DNA from: Candidatus Eiseniibacteriota bacterium
GTDB lineage: Bacteria > Eisenbacteria > RBG-16-71-46 > CAIMUX01 > VGJL01
Length of the DNA: 64,000 nt
Reading direction: 5' to 3'
Assembly (NCBI GenBank): GCA_963792585.1
Contig: CAWBWI010000006.1
Span: forward strand, 352,001 to 416,000
In this document: one piece after another, positions 34,644 to 43,610 of the stretch
Numbering within the stretch: the first letter of the stretch is position 1
Layout: each line of letters starts with the position of its first letter
Made by a program: the position numbers and the translations under genes
The notes under the pieces: model-generated
The model's database searches: none
What the model was told of the DNA's origin: nothing
The model's input: the letters and a program-made list of their open reading frames with translations, nothing else

Positions 34644-35222
34644 ATGGGAGCAACCTTGGATCACCCGGAAACCTGGCAGCGTCTGATGAGCCTCCTCGCT
34701 CCGGTGCACGATCGCGCCGCGGCGACGGCGCGCCGACTCAGTCGCTCGTCGGCGGAGGGGGACGACCTCCTCCAGGAGGCGATCCTGCGGGCCCACGAGA
34801 AGCTCCATTCGCTGCGTGACGAAGCGCGCTTCGCGTCCTGGTTCTACGCCGTGCTCCTGAGCGTTCACCGAAACCGCTCCCGGCAGGGCTTCTGGCGCCG
34901 TTTCCTCTCCCTCGAGGGAACCCTGGCGACCGGGGGTTTCGATCCGCCGGGTGAGGACGGGATCGCCTGGGAACGGCAACGTCAGCAAGCGGACCGGGTG
35001 TCCCGGGCTCTGGCCCGCTTGCCGGCGGTTCAACGTGAGGCCGTCGTTCTCGGCGACATCGAGGGGTACTCGATCGACGAGATCGCGGCCATCCAGCGCG
35101 TCTCGGCCTCGGCGGTGAAGTCGCGGCTCGCGCGTGGTCGCGAGCGACTGCGACGCTCCTATGCCTGGCTTGGACGACAGGATCCCACCCTTGGACTGCA
35201 GGCGCGAGAGGAGGCGGTATGA
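34644..35222 (+). CDS. ECF RNA polymerase sigma factor
   Basis: Region 2 DLLQEA...FASW and region 4 EIA......VKSRLARGR. Confidence 0.9.
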   Translation: MGATLDHPETWQRLMSLLAPVHDRAAATARRLSRSSAEGDDLLQEAILRAHEKLHSLRDEARFASWFYAVLLSVHRNRSRQGFWRRFLSLEGTLATGGFDPPGEDGIAWERQRQQADRVSRALARLPAVQREAVVLGDIEGYSIDEIAAIQRVSASAVKSRLARGRERLRRSYAWLGRQDPTLGLQAREEAV

Positions 35223-36169
35223 ACGATCCTCGGAGTGATTCCCCGAATCAGTCGACGGGAAAGCAGACGATCGATCGTGGAATCGATGAGGACATGGAGG
35301 CCCTTCGCTGCGTCACGGTCCGCGACCTACCGACGTTCGAACAGACCGCGCGGGTGATGCGCACGCGCGCCGCGCGGCCTTCCCGGGAGGGTTTCATGAT
35401 CCGCAGGATACGCACCCTGGTCGCGCGCCCCTGGCTGGCGACGGCCTTCGGAATCGCCGCCGTCGCCTTGATCCTCTTGGCGATCCCCTTCACCTACTCG
35501 CGGACGACCGGCTATGAAGTCCGTGTGAGCATCGGCCCGCCTGCGCCCAGCCTCGCCGCGCTCCAACCCGTCATCGATCGCATCCAGTCGGCGCTGCACG
35601 TCGATCGGGTGACGGTCTCGACCGACCTCGGGGTCACGCTCAGCGCGCGGCTCCCCCTCGGCTCGCGCCCGCGTATCGAGAAGGGACTCGCTGCCTTGGC
35701 GCCGGCCATCGCATCGCTCGGCCCGACGGCGCGCACGGAGATCCGGCCGATCGTCGAACGCGTCTCAGGAACTGTCTACGCGATGGCGAATTCCCGCATC
35801 GTCAACCTTTATGTCGATCGCGAGGGGAAGAGCCTCGCGGAAATCGAGGCGGACCTGCGCGCACAGCTCGCGGCGGCCGGTCTGCCGGGCGCAGCGGTCA
35901 GCGTCACCCAAGAGGGGGACCAGATGCGGATGGAGATGAACTGGGAGGCGCCCCCGGGGGACTCGCTCGACGCACCCATCGATGTGAACATCACGATGGA
36001 CGGGAACTCCCAGGGAAATCAGCGGGTGGCGAAGATCACGGGCGGACAGTCGATGACGGACGCTGAGATCAAGGCGGAGATCGAGCGTCAGCTCCTCGAG
36101 CAGGGGACCCGCAATCCTCAGGTGGAAGTCCGGGACGGCAAGGTTGTCTCGGTCCGGCACGATCCGTAG
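35219..36169 (+). CDS. Single-TM protein, putative anti-sigma factor
   Basis: ATGA-coupled to the ECF gene; short cytoplasmic N-terminus, one TM, extracytoplasmic domain. Confidence 0.6.
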   Translation: MNDPRSDSPNQSTGKQTIDRGIDEDMEALRCVTVRDLPTFEQTARVMRTRAARPSREGFMIRRIRTLVARPWLATAFGIAAVALILLAIPFTYSRTTGYEVRVSIGPPAPSLAALQPVIDRIQSALHVDRVTVSTDLGVTLSARLPLGSRPRIEKGLAALAPAIASLGPTARTEIRPIVERVSGTVYAMANSRIVNLYVDREGKSLAEIEADLRAQLAAAGLPGAAVSVTQEGDQMRMEMNWEAPPGDSLDAPIDVNITMDGNSQGNQRVAKITGGQSMTDAEIKAEIERQLLEQGTRNPQVEVRDGKVVSVRHDP

Positions 36170-36331
36170 CCGATCGGACCGCCGCGTCCTTCGAGAAGAA
36201 CCGGTCCCGGGTGGCCTCCGACCGCCCGGGATCGAGCTTTCCGTGCCTGCCGGGCCCCCCTGGGACGCCTGCCGTCCTTGCCCGCCCCTCCGCAGCTAAG
36301 GTATCCTCCCCCAGTCCCCCGAAAGGCGCCA

Positions 36332-37369
36332 ATGATCGCGACGCATCCACCCATTCTGCGCATCATGCGGATCCATCAGGCGATCCGCGAGAAGCGCTAT
36401 CCGAATGTGCCCGGCCTGGCGAAGCTCCTCGAGGTTTCGCGCAGGACGGTGCAGCGCGATATCGAGTTCCTCCGGGACCAGCTTTCGGCGCCGCTTGCCT
36501 TCAACCCGCTGGAGGGCGGCTACGAATACACCGAGCTGGGTTTCTCGCTGCCGGACGTTCAGATGACCGAGGGGGAAGTCCTCGCGCTGATGGTGGCCGA
36601 CCGCGCCCTTTCGGCATACCGGGGCACGGAGTACGAAGAGCTGCTCCGACATCTGCTCCACAAGGCCATCGCCGCCCTCGGCGATCAGCAGACCATTTCG
36701 CCTCAGGCGATCGAGAAAGCCTATTCCTTCGGCCACACGGCCCCACCGTCCCGGATCGACATGGCCATCTTCGCCAAGATCGAGAAGGCCGTTCGCGAAC
36801 GGGAAACCCTGGAAGTCGTCTACCGCACGCAGAGCCGGGACACGACGGGCCGGCGTCGGCTCGATCCGTATCATCTGGCCAATGTCGATGGGGACTGGTT
36901 CCTGCTCGCCTACTGCCACGAGCATCAGGAGGTTCGCGTCTTCAAGCCCTCGCGGATCCGTTCGATCAAGGAGACGGGGCAGATCTTCGTCCCCCGTAAC
37001 TTCGATCCAACCGAATTCCTGCAGACGAAGCTCGGGACGATGTCGGGCGATCGGATTTTCGAGGCCGTCCTTCGCTTCGACCCCACGCTTGCCGGCCACA
37101 TCCTGGAAAGGGACTGGGCCGCCGGCTACAAGGTCCAGACCCTGATGAGCGGCGGCGTCGAGATCACGTTCAAGAGCGAGAACGCGGACGCCGTGATCCG
37201 GTGGTGCCTGAGCTGGGGTCCCGGCGCGGAAGTCGTCTCCCCGCCCTGGGTCCGGCGTAGGGCTCGGCAGATCCTCACCCAACTCGTCCGACACTACGAG
37301 GCCCGCGTGCGGCCGATTCGCACGTCGCCCCGCCGGCAGCGCCCTCCGTCCCGCCCTCCGTCCCACTGA
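36332..37369 (+). CDS. HTH-WYL transcriptional regulator (YafY/PafB-like)
   Basis: LEVSRRTVQRDIEFLR HTH, RRLDPYHL....WFLLAYC...R.FK..RI and a WCX domain. Confidence 0.92.
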   Translation: MIATHPPILRIMRIHQAIREKRYPNVPGLAKLLEVSRRTVQRDIEFLRDQLSAPLAFNPLEGGYEYTELGFSLPDVQMTEGEVLALMVADRALSAYRGTEYEELLRHLLHKAIAALGDQQTISPQAIEKAYSFGHTAPPSRIDMAIFAKIEKAVRERETLEVVYRTQSRDTTGRRRLDPYHLANVDGDWFLLAYCHEHQEVRVFKPSRIRSIKETGQIFVPRNFDPTEFLQTKLGTMSGDRIFEAVLRFDPTLAGHILERDWAAGYKVQTLMSGGVEITFKSENADAVIRWCLSWGPGAEVVSPPWVRRRARQILTQLVRHYEARVRPIRTSPRRQRPPSRPPSH

Positions 37370-37465
37370 CGAGGAGCCGTCCACCCGAACGCACCATGAA
37401 CCCGGGCGGCGATCGCGCCGGCCATACCACGAAGACCCTTTACCGAGACCCTAAGGAGAACCCCG

Positions 37466-38029
37466 ATGTCGATCGCCGCCACGCAGTTGAGAGTCGGCAA
37501 CGTCGTCATGTACAACGGCGAGCCGCACCGTCTTACGAAGGTCATGCACATCACGCCCGGCAACTGGCGCGGGATGGTCCAGGCGCAGATGGTCAACCTG
37601 CGCAACGGCAACAAGTACGACTACCGGTACCGGTCCGATGAGAAGGTCGAAGTCCTCTCCCTGGATAGCCACTCCCTGAAGTACATGTACAAGCAGGGAA
37701 CCGAGTACCACTTCATGAACACCGAAACCTACGAGCTGATGAGCCTCGAGGCGGACGTCTTGGGCGACACCATCTACTACCTGGTCGAGGAAGGGGAGGT
37801 CGAGGCGCACTACTACGAAGGCCGCCCCGTGTCGATCGAAGTCCCTATCTTCGTGATCCTTACGGTCGCCGATACGGAGCCCCTCCTGAAGGGCGCCACC
37901 GTCACCTCCTCCCCGAAGCGGGCGGTCACCGATACCGGCCTCGAAATCAAGGTGCCCCAGTTCGTCGACATCGGGGACAAGGTCAAGATCGACACCCGGG
38001 ACGGGCAGTTCGTGGAGCGGGCAAACTAA
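37466..38029 (+). CDS. efp: Elongation factor P (TPGNW loop variant)
   Basis: EF-P signature regions YHFMNTETYE and TGLEIKVPQFV..GD.VKIDTR; AAGGAG SD. Confidence 0.93.
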   Translation: MSIAATQLRVGNVVMYNGEPHRLTKVMHITPGNWRGMVQAQMVNLRNGNKYDYRYRSDEKVEVLSLDSHSLKYMYKQGTEYHFMNTETYELMSLEADVLGDTIYYLVEEGEVEAHYYEGRPVSIEVPIFVILTVADTEPLLKGATVTSSPKRAVTDTGLEIKVPQFVDIGDKVKIDTRDGQFVERAN

Positions 38030-38166
38030 AATAGCAGCTTTCGATGGATTTCTGACCTCCCGTTCAGCTATAATTTTACTGCCATCCTGCGACTCTTATG
38101 CATAAGCCAGGGTCGAGGGACACTGCCGGCAGAAACATCTTTGGTTGTCACGCTAGGGAGGTTCAC

Positions 38167-39867
38167 ATGCGCCTTGTTTCTGTGCTTTGCGTCACGGTTT
38201 TGGCGCTGGGCATCTGTTCCGCCGTCGCGTTCGCGGACAAACCGGTCAAGACCGAGGAGCCCGAGTGGCACTGGGATCTGACCGGGTCGCGCGCGACGTA
38301 CGCGGAGGTGGAGCCCAACGACAATTGCGCCACGGCCCAGACGATGGCCTGCGGCGACGTCATCGACCCGGCCCAGATCGACATTGCCGGGGACAATGAC
38401 TGGTACGCCTTCCAGGGTACCGCGGGGATCCCGATCACCATCGGGACCGACGCGTCGGATCTATGCGATCCCGACGCTGGAGACACATACATCTACTTGA
38501 TGTCGAGCGACTGCACAACGCAGCTCGCGGCCGATGACGATTCGGGCCCTGGTCTCTACTCCTTGATCAGCAACTACAACGCAACGTACACCGGCACCTA
38601 CTACGCGAGGGTCCGCCATTACAGCTCGAGCAGCACCGGCTGCTACAAGCTGTTCGTCAACTGCGCTCCCCCGGCCACGGGCGCATGCTGCCTCGCGGGC
38701 GGCGCATGCGAGGTGCTGACCCAAGCGGACTGCGGCACTGCCGGCGGCCAGTATCAGGGTGACAACACCGTTTGCCAGCCGAATCCCTGTCCGCAGCCTC
38801 CGGTGAACGACACCTGCGCCGGCGCGATCGCGATGGAGCGCTGCGGCAGTGGTCAGTTCACAGGCAGCCTCGCGGCCGGAGTCAACGACTACAGCCCGAC
38901 GAACGGCTGCACCGGCTACGCGGCGAACGGTAAGGATGTGGTCTACGTGGCAACCATGCTAGCTGGAGACATCCTTCACCTGGTTTACACGACGCCCGCG
39001 TACGATGGATCCCTCTATGTACTGACCGACTGCGCCGACATGGCCAGTTGCGTGATCGGCGAGGACGATCCCGAGCCCGAGACGATCAACTGGACCGCCA
39101 CGTCGACCGGGACGTTCTACATCATCGCCGATGCCTACACGACCAACGGAGGATCCGACTTCACGCTCGACTGGTCCATCACCTGCCCGCCGCCGGTTGG
39201 CGCCTGCTGCCTCCCCGACGGAACCTGCCTTGTCATCGCCGAGGTGGACTGCCTGAACATGGGCGGCGTGTGGTACGGCCCGACGGTCGGTTGCGACCCG
39301 AATCCGTGCCCGCCACCTGTCTTCGCCTGCTGCTTCCCCGGCGGTCAGTGCGTGATGCTCCCGGAAGCGGACTGCCTGGCTCAGGGCGGCGCGCCGCTCT
39401 TCGGCGTGGACTGCGAGCCGGTCAATCCGTGCGAGCAGCCTCCGATGGCATGCTGCTTCACCGATGGTCACTGTGAGTTCGTGACAGAGGCTCTTTGCAT
39501 CGAGCTCGGTGGCGTACCGCAAGGCTACGGCACCAACTGCGAGCCGAATCTCTGCCCGCAGCCGGCCATGGCTTGCTGCTTCACGGACGGCCATTGCGAG
39601 TACGTGACCGCGGACACCTGCCTGGCCCTCGGTGGCGCACCGCAGGGCCTCGGCACCGACTGCGAACCCAACGACTGCCCGCAGCCCCCGGCCACGGGCG
39701 CCTGCTGCCTCGATGACCAGGGTCACTGCCAGGTCCTCACGCAGGAGGAGTGCGTTGGTCAGGGCGGCGCCTACCAGGGGGACGACACGAGCTGTGATCC
39801 GAATCCCTGCCCGATCGTCCCGACGCAGAACTCCACTTGGGGCCAGATCAAGGCGAACTACCGCTAG
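38167..39867 (+). CDS. Secreted Cys-rich protein, paralog 1 (PPC-like domains, six ACC repeats, TWGQIK tail)
   Basis: Signal peptide, EVEPND, DDDSG, NDTC motifs; GGAGG SD. Confidence 0.85.
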   Translation: MRLVSVLCVTVLALGICSAVAFADKPVKTEEPEWHWDLTGSRATYAEVEPNDNCATAQTMACGDVIDPAQIDIAGDNDWYAFQGTAGIPITIGTDASDLCDPDAGDTYIYLMSSDCTTQLAADDDSGPGLYSLISNYNATYTGTYYARVRHYSSSSTGCYKLFVNCAPPATGACCLAGGACEVLTQADCGTAGGQYQGDNTVCQPNPCPQPPVNDTCAGAIAMERCGSGQFTGSLAAGVNDYSPTNGCTGYAANGKDVVYVATMLAGDILHLVYTTPAYDGSLYVLTDCADMASCVIGEDDPEPETINWTATSTGTFYIIADAYTTNGGSDFTLDWSITCPPPVGACCLPDGTCLVIAEVDCLNMGGVWYGPTVGCDPNPCPPPVFACCFPGGQCVMLPEADCLAQGGAPLFGVDCEPVNPCEQPPMACCFTDGHCEFVTEALCIELGGVPQGYGTNCEPNLCPQPAMACCFTDGHCEYVTADTCLALGGAPQGLGTDCEPNDCPQPPATGACCLDDQGHCQVLTQEECVGQGGAYQGDDTSCDPNPCPIVPTQNSTWGQIKANYR

Positions 39868-39890
39868 CCTTCATCGAACCTGCGCATCCC

Positions 39891-39927
39891 GAAGGCCCCG
39901 CCCCCTCCAGGGGGCGGGGCCTTCTTC
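39891..39927 (+). terminator. Intrinsic terminator
   Basis: GAAGGCCCCGCCCCC/GGGGGCGGGGCCTTC followed by TT. Confidence 0.8.
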
Positions 39928-40115
39928 CTGGCCGTATCCCAGGCCTGTGTCGCGCGACGAACCTATAGCCTTCGTTTCCAGATCGTGTCAGGAGTGGGGG
40001 TTACGATCATGATCGCTCCGGATGGACCCGTTTTGAGATCAGTTAGCCTCATAGACCCAAGCTCGCGGACGCCCGGCTAACCTATTTTATATGCACGCAT
40101 TAACTCACTTTTCGC

Positions 40116-40144
40116 TTGCCACTATGTGCGCAAAATCGTAAACT
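40116..40144 (+). promoter_or_regulatory. Sigma70-type promoter of paralog 2
   Basis: TTGCCA-N17-TAAACT in an AT-rich tract. Confidence 0.6.
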
Positions 40145-40150
40145 TTATTT

Positions 40151-40236
40151 GCTCGTGAACTTCCCCCTCACGGTACCGACAGGGGAGGGCGCGAGGTGCA
40201 ATCTGCTAGCAGAATCATCTTTGTGAGGAGGTTCTC
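40151..40236 (+). repeat. Conserved structured 5' leader, copy A
   Basis: Near-identical to 41652-41738. Confidence 0.8.
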
Positions 40237-41421
40237 ATGCGTCTTGTGTCTGTAATCTGCATCCTCTTGGCACTCGGCTTTGTGGCCGGCAATGCCATGG
40301 CCGACAAGGCCAAAATCGACGATCCCAACTGGCACTGGGTGTTCGACGGCAGCCGTACCGTCTATCCGGAGCAGGAGCCGAATGACACCTGCCCCGGCCA
40401 GGCAATGAGCTGCGGCGACATCATCAATCCTGCCTACCTGACCGCAGGCGAGCAGGACTGGTACCGCTTCTACGCGAATACCGGCGATCCTCTGACCATC
40501 GGCACCGACGCTCTCAACGGCAGCTCGACGGACACCTACCTCGAGCTGTACTTCGAGTGCGGCGCCGACATCATCGCTCAGGACGACGACGGCGGTCCGG
40601 GGCTGTTCTCGCTCATCAGCAACTTCCCTGCCCCGTACACTGGTTACTACGATGTGAAGGTTCGCGGTTACGGATCGACTTCCGCAGGCGAGTACATCAT
40701 GTTCGTCAACTGCCTGCCTCCGGGCGTGGGCGCCTGCTGCTTCGTTGACGGTCACTGCGTCGTCGACTCCCAGGTCAACTGCGGCAACGCCGGCGGTTCG
40801 TACCAGGGCGACAACACGGTGTGCGACCCGAATCCGTGCCCGCAGCCGCCTGAGCCGCCTGAGAATGACCTCTGCAGCGGCGCGATTGCCATCGATCCCT
40901 GCTCGGCCGGAACGATCACCGGCGACCTTACCTGGGCAAACGCCGACTACAGCCCGTTGAACAACTGCACCGGCTACTCCGCGAGCGGCAAGGACGTCGT
41001 GTACTTGCTCAACGTGACTGCCGGCGACGCCGTCCATGTCGTCTACACCACGCCGAGCTACGACGGATCCATTTACATCCTCTCGGATTGTGCCGACATG
41101 AACAGCTGCGTGATCGGCGAGGACGATCCCGAGCCCGAGACGTTCACCTGGAACGTGACGGCCACCGGGACCTACTACCTGATCGCGGACGCCTACGCCA
41201 CCGGCGGCGGCGGTCCGTTCACAATCGACTACAGCATCACCTGCCCGATTCCCGAGGCTTGCTGCTTCGATGACGGTAGCTGCCAGATGCTGATGGCCGC
41301 TGACTGTCGCGCCCAGGGCGGAACTCCGCAGGGTGGCGGCACGAACTGCGACGGCGTCGAGTGTGAGATCGTCCCCACCGAGAACACGACGTGGGGCCAG
41401 ATCAAGTCCTCGTATCGGTAG
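40237..41421 (+). CDS. Secreted Cys-rich protein, paralog 2 (two ACC repeats, TWGQIK tail)
   Basis: Same architecture as paralog 1. Confidence 0.85.
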   Translation: MRLVSVICILLALGFVAGNAMADKAKIDDPNWHWVFDGSRTVYPEQEPNDTCPGQAMSCGDIINPAYLTAGEQDWYRFYANTGDPLTIGTDALNGSSTDTYLELYFECGADIIAQDDDGGPGLFSLISNFPAPYTGYYDVKVRGYGSTSAGEYIMFVNCLPPGVGACCFVDGHCVVDSQVNCGNAGGSYQGDNTVCDPNPCPQPPEPPENDLCSGAIAIDPCSAGTITGDLTWANADYSPLNNCTGYSASGKDVVYLLNVTAGDAVHVVYTTPSYDGSIYILSDCADMNSCVIGEDDPEPETFTWNVTATGTYYLIADAYATGGGGPFTIDYSITCPIPEACCFDDGSCQMLMAADCRAQGGTPQGGGTNCDGVECEIVPTENTTWGQIKSSYR

Positions 41422-41446
41422 ACATACGTTCTGATTGACGCTTCTC

Positions 41447-41479
41447 GACGCCCCCTCCGCCCCGTGCGGAGGGGGCGTC
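41447..41479 (+). terminator. Intrinsic terminator-like hairpin
   Basis: GACGCCCCCTCCGC/GCGGAGGGGGCGTC. Confidence 0.7.
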
Positions 41480-41651
41480 TACGTTCGTAGCGGAGCTCTG
41501 CCCCCGCAACCCTCCGGGCTCGGAAGCCTCGCACGTCATTACGCCGCCTGATCCACATTGCCCCCGTCCATCAGGCCCAACTTATGACCTTGGGCAGGAT
41601 CAGGGCCTCTTTTCAGTTGCAGTTTAGGTTCTATTGTATATAATTCTAATT

Positions 41652-41738
41652 GCTCGTTAGCCTCCCCCTCACGGTACCGACAGGGGAGGTTGCGGGGTGT
41701 GCTCTGCTAGCAGAATCATCTTTGCTGAGGAGGTTCTC
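41652..41738 (+). repeat. Conserved structured 5' leader, copy B
   Basis: Near-identical to 40151-40236; preceded by TTGCAG-N16-TATAAT. Confidence 0.8.
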
Positions 41739-42803
41739 ATGCGTTTTGTGTCTGTATTCTGCATCTGTATGACGCTGGTACTGGTAGCCAGCGCGGCTCT
41801 TGCTGACCCGAACAACATGGGTCAGAAGCCGTGGTCCTATCCTGGCGGCGACGCCCGGGCCGTCTACACCGAGGTCGAGCCCAACGATGCTTGCCCCGGC
41901 CAACAGATTGCCTGCGGCGACGACATCAACCCGGCCTACCTCACGGCCGGGGAGCAGGACTGGTCCACCTTTACCGCGACTGCCGGTGACCAGCTCAACA
42001 TCCGTACCTACTCCATCGACGGAGGCTCGGTCGACACCTACCTCGAGCTGTATTCCGACGACTGCACGACGATGTTGGCATCCAACGACGACGGTGGTGG
42101 AAACCTCTTCTCGTTCATCCAGAACTACGTTGCGCCTTACACGGGCGTCTACAATATCAAGGTCCGGGGCTACAGCGGCACCTCGGCTGGGAACTACGGT
42201 CTCGAGCTTCGCTGCACCGTCCCGCCGCCTCCGGCTGAGAACGACACCTGCGCCGGCGCGATCGACATTCCGCGCTGCTCCGCCGGTTCGCTTTCGGGCG
42301 ACCTGACGAACTACCGCAACGACTACGACCCGATCACCGGCTGCACCGGTTTCAGCGCGCTTGGTAAGGATGCGGTCTACAAGATGGATCTCCAGGCCGG
42401 CGACCAGGTGACCTTCACCTTCGTCCAGCCGAACTGGGATGCGTCCCTCTACGCGGTCACCGACTGCGTCAACCTCGACTGCGTCGACGGTGCGGACGCG
42501 GGCGTCACCGGGGATCCGGAGACGATTTCCTTCACGGCGGCTTCGGCCGGCACGTACTACATCATCCTCGACACCTACGGAACCGACACCGGTGGCCCGT
42601 GGACGGCCGACTACACCGTCTACTGCCCGGCGCCCGAGGCTTGCTGCTTCGACGACGGTAGCTGCCAGATGTTGATGTCCGACGAGTGCCGCCGGATGGG
42701 TGGACATCCTCAGGGTAGTGGCACGAACTGTGACGGCGTTCACTGCGAAGTCGTCCCGGCTCAGAACACGACCTGGGGCCAGATCAAGAGCGACTACCGC
42801 TAG
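41739..42803 (+). CDS. Secreted Cys-rich protein, paralog 3 (one ACC repeat, TWGQIK tail)
   Basis: Same architecture as paralogs 1 and 2. Confidence 0.85.
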   Translation: MRFVSVFCICMTLVLVASAALADPNNMGQKPWSYPGGDARAVYTEVEPNDACPGQQIACGDDINPAYLTAGEQDWSTFTATAGDQLNIRTYSIDGGSVDTYLELYSDDCTTMLASNDDGGGNLFSFIQNYVAPYTGVYNIKVRGYSGTSAGNYGLELRCTVPPPPAENDTCAGAIDIPRCSAGSLSGDLTNYRNDYDPITGCTGFSALGKDAVYKMDLQAGDQVTFTFVQPNWDASLYAVTDCVNLDCVDGADAGVTGDPETISFTAASAGTYYIILDTYGTDTGGPWTADYTVYCPAPEACCFDDGSCQMLMSDECRRMGGHPQGSGTNCDGVHCEVVPAQNTTWGQIKSDYR

Positions 42804-42830
42804 TCCACAGTCCGTCCGAGCTGTAAACGA

Positions 42831-42862
42831 GAGACCTCGTCCCCCGCGGGACGGGGTCTTTC
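42831..42862. terminator. Terminator between convergent genes
   Basis: GAGACCTCGTCCC/GGGACGGGGTCTT followed by T. Confidence 0.65.
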
Positions 42863-42884
42863 GCTTGTCGCGCCATCGCGGGGG

Positions 42885-43610
42885 TCAGAGGATCTTCGAG
42901 AGGAAGGCGACAGTCCGGGGGTGACTCGGCCGATCGAAGAGCGCATCCGGCGCGCCCCTCTCGATCACCTCTCCACGATCGAGGAACAGGACCTCCTGCG
43001 CGACCTCACGGGCGAAACCCATCTCGTGGGTCGCGACGACCATCGTCATCCCCCCGCGGGCGAGGTCGCGCATCACGTCGAGCACCTCACGGATCATCTC
43101 AGGGTCGAGCGACGAGGTCGGCTCGTCGAACAGGAGGACCTTCGGACGCATCGCCAGCGCCCGGGCGATCGCCACCCGCTGCTGTTCCCCGCCCGAGAGC
43201 TGGCGGGGATACCGCGGCGCCTTGTCGGCCAGGCCGACTCGCGCGAGAAGGGCGCGCGCATCCTCCTGAACCTCCCCTGCCGGCCGGCGCCGGACGATGC
43301 GGGGCGCCAGGGCGATGTTCTCCAGGACGCTCAGGTGCGGAAAGAGGTGGAAGTGCTGGAAGACCATCCCGGTCTCGGCCCGGATTTCGTGCAAGTTGCG
43401 GGCGCCGGCGTCGAGCGGAACGCCGTCCAGCAGGACGCGTCCCGCGTCCATCCGTTCGAGTCCGTTGATCAGTCGCAGAACCGTGCTCTTGCCCGACCCG
43501 GAGGGGCCGATCAGAACCGTCGTCGCCCCACGCGGCACGTGAAAGCTCACGTCGCGGACCGCCTCGAGCGTCCCGAACCGCTTCCCGACTCCCTCGACGC
43601 GGATCATCAC
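42885..43610 (-). CDS. Polar amino-acid ABC transporter ATP-binding protein (GlnQ-like)
   Basis: GPSGSGKST, LSGGEQQRV, FDEPTSSLDPE, THEMGFA. Confidence 0.92.
   Translation of the reverse strand: MMIRVEGVGKRFGTLEAVRDVSFHVPRGATTVLIGPSGSGKSTVLRLINGLERMDAGRVLLDGVPLDAGARNLHEIRAETGMVFQHFHLFPHLSVLENIALAPRIVRRRPAGEVQEDARALLARVGLADKAPRYPRQLSGGEQQRVAIARALAMRPKVLLFDEPTSSLDPEMIREVLDVMRDLARGGMTMVVATHEMGFAREVAQEVLFLDRGEVIERGAPDALFDRPSHPRTVAFLSKIL

Noticed and set aside
36332..37369. WYL regulator, MTase and macrodomain as a defence island
   Set aside because: They are 9-25 kb apart among housekeeping genes, with no nuclease or other effector
39190..39810. Tandem ~123-bp repeats as a CRISPR array or DGR template/variable repeats
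   Set aside because: They are degenerate in-frame protein repeats with no constant repeat-spacer pattern, and there is no cas or reverse transcriptase gene in the window
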